Positions 61,624 to 64,000 of a stretch of 64,000 nt of DNA are shown here, one piece after another (position 1 is the stretch's first letter; each line of letters begins with the position of its first letter). This DNA is from Phaeosaccion multiseriatum. Taxonomy: Eukaryota; Protista; Ochrophyta, other classes. The stretch is taken from assembly GCA_965112735.1 (NCBI GenBank), contig OZ218957.1, forward strand, positions 2,418,001 to 2,482,000. Reading direction: 5' to 3'. The notes beneath the pieces were generated by a model, which searched no databases, was not told the origin of the DNA, and worked only from the letters and a program-made list of their open reading frames with translations. The translations under genes were made by a program, and so were the position numbers.

Positions 61624-64000
61624 CTACCCGTGCGTCAGAAACACACGCGTAGAGATGCCGGACAAGACCTTCATACCGCCCGACCCCCCCATACTCCCAC
61701 TCCTCCTCCTCTTGCAGCGCAACAGTTTGCCAATCTGCTGGCAGTGGGTCAGCCGAACGTCCTGTAAGTGAGGACAGCTGCGCCCCCCCTCCCCCTCCAG
61801 TGACTCCACCACCGCGTCAGTGATAAGGGGCAGGCCCGAGATACGCAGCCTGGAGGAGGGGAGGGGAGGAGGGTGGAGGAGGGGGAGGAGGGGGAGAAGG
61901 GGGAGGTGGCGCAGTTTCATTTTTCAGTTTTTACTTGTACCTATCGTAACTGAAAGACAGCCCCCAAAACAACAGCCATAGCTACACCAGCATTTACAAA
62001 ATTGTCCTCCAAGACGTCCATCTCGGATGCCAAGGTGGACCTCGATAAGAAAATAGACATCGACACAGAAAATGGGGCACTTGCCTGCGAAGGCGAGGGC
62101 AGTTGCGGAGAATGGCCAATACACCCGTGTCCGACATTTCCGTCCAGCGCTCAATGTCGAGCGCCTCGAGGTTCCTGTAACGCGAGGCGGAGGAGGAGTC
62201 GAAAGACAAAACACCACAGGCACAAATGTGGGCAAACAAACAACAGTTATTGTAAGATTCATGTTGTTTTGTTGGCATTCAAACAGGAACAGCGGTGGGC
62301 AGCAGGGGTGTGTGTATGTGTGTGTGTGCGTGTGTGTGTGTGTGTAGGTATGTGTGTGTGTGAGTGAGTGAGTGAGTGTATGAGTGCGTATGTGTATGTG
62401 TGTGGGCAGCAGCAGTAGGTAGGGGAGGGGACAAACACTCTGAAGGGCGACACAGAGCGATAAATGGGGCGGAGTAAAGAACTGTCCGATGCCTTCAATG
62501 ACTTACTACACCCTTAATGACTTACTTGCCCAGCACCTCCGCCATGAGGCAGAGAGAGGCGTCGCTCACGCTTGTGGGAGACAACTGAGAAAAAGACGAC
62601 GACGAAGCGTCCGGTCCCCTGCTGTTGATGCCTCCGCTCGCCTCTACCCCTGACTCTGTCTCTGCGTCCCCTTCGCTGCTGCCGTTGCTGTTGCTGCTGT
62701 TGCTGCTGCTGTTGTTGTTGTTGTTCGCGGCTGCTGCTCCTTCATCGGCGTCCGTCGCCTCGAGAGAGGGTTCAAAGCACCTCGGCCCAAGGTACACTCG
62801 TTGGAGGTTCCCGGCCCCTGCCAGGTCAGGAAGGGAGAGTATGGCACATAGTCGGTACGCTTGTGAGTGAGTTGGTGAGTTTGCGAGAGTGGTGTTTGTT
62901 GGCCACAGCAGCACAGCAACACAGCAACACACGTAGGAACTCAATGTCACATGTCCACCATTGATTGGCAGTCTCGCTCTCTCTCTCGCGAGCACACACA
63001 CACACACACATGCACATGCGAGCACACACCCACACACTCACCGCAGCCGACACACACCCACACGCACGCACGCACCCACACATCCACACACGCACACACA
63101 CACACTCACTCACCGCAGCCACCCTCCTCTTCTCCTGCGAGGAGGCACTGCATGACAACATCAGTGAGGCGCCCACAGCGAACCATATTGAGCATTACAA
63201 GAGAGCCCAGGGGGCTGGGAGAACGGCGGTCCGGGTGTTGAGCCAGGGAGGGGATGAAGTCTGCGGTGACTTGTTTGCAGTCGGACACAACGAGGGTAGT
63301 CACATCGAGACGGAGGCAGAGTTGGAGTACCCCCTCCTGTAGTAGTGTTTGGTAGGGAGAACAGATGGGGAGGGTGGGAGAGGGGCGGGGGAGAGGGAGG
63401 GAGGGAGGGATGGCAGTTGAGGGAGGGAGCCGAGAGGAAAGAAAAACATGCCTCTCACGCTTGGTCCTCACGCTCATCTTCGTAATGTGCTTGCATAGGT
63501 CCCATGCACACATCTGAGTACCCGCTTCCCTGCAGGGTAACTACCCGCTTTCTCCAGGGGGGTGGGGGTTCCACACACACACGCACACACGCACTACTCT
63601 GCACTCACCGTGGTGATGTTGTCGCACAGGTGCAGACGCACGTGTTTCACAGATGGCGGAAGGAGTGCCAACTCGTCATCCCCGACCTTGGCCAGGCGGC
63701 TGAGGTTGATGTCCTCGAGATGCTTGAGACCCTCAGAGATGGCCAAGATGCCTTCACGATCAACCTTCTTGCAGCTGTTGAGGTTCAGCACCTGAGGGGC
63801 GGACGGAGGGAGGGAGGGATGGAGGGAGAGAGGGAGGGAGGGAAGGAAGGAGGGAGGGAGGGAGGGAGGGAGGGAGGGAGGGAGGGAGGGAGGGATGGAG
63901 GGAGGGATGGATGGAGGGAGGGAGGGAGGGAGGGAAGGAGGGGGAGAGTCAAATCAAGGTAACAACGAATTAGAAGGATCTACGCAGGCGGAAAGAGCAT
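61624..64000 (-). CDS. Cys-containing leucine-rich repeat protein (FBXL/AMN1-type); 5' part lies outside the window
   Basis: Exons 63791-63609, 63336-63114, 62859-62526, 62174-62085, 61849-61624. LRRs LNLNSCKKVDREGILAI, LNMVRCGRLTD, LEALDIERWTEMSDTGVLAILRNCPRL. No F-box is visible within the window. Confidence 0.82.

Overview
Eukaryotic nuclear DNA: GC-rich, intron-dense (GT-AG, one probable GC-AG) and full of microsatellites. The gene content and style suggest a stramenopile/ochrophyte alga, but that is inference only. I reconstructed 15 protein-coding genes by hand, 14 of them spliced: a partial 7TM-RGS, an intronless orphan with an LFFVD motif, a small orphan, a CCHC/POLD4-like protein, a SHLD2-like multi-OB-fold protein, two secreted Cys-rich surface proteins (one with 2x FAS1), an SCP/FCP1-type CTD phosphatase, a LEA-like protein, a DUF4504/C1orf74-like protein, a cyclin, SKP1, an MPN+/JAMM (MPND/MYSM1-like) protein, an alpha/beta hydrolase, RAD23 and a partial LRR (FBXL-type) gene. 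Most ORFs in the supplied track are microsatellite artefacts. The most unusual signals are non-coding. (1) A nested cluster at 21.0-26.2 kb of non-autonomous TIR elements sharing TCG(A/G)C(C/T)C ends; five have perfect 6-bp TSDs, each subfamily has its own ~7-bp internal repeat, and one encloses a 1.4-kb (TCCC)n tract. (2) A dispersed 12-mer, GTTGGTGATACA, present in 8 exact copies plus variants; it acts as a frame-preserving 9-bp interruption of CAG tracts, on both strands, in exons (three different readings) and in introns. (3) A second dispersed intronic 16-mer, GGATGGCAGTGGATGG. (4) Paralogous adjacent introns, 14-16-nt microexons and a tandemly amplified 5' splice site.
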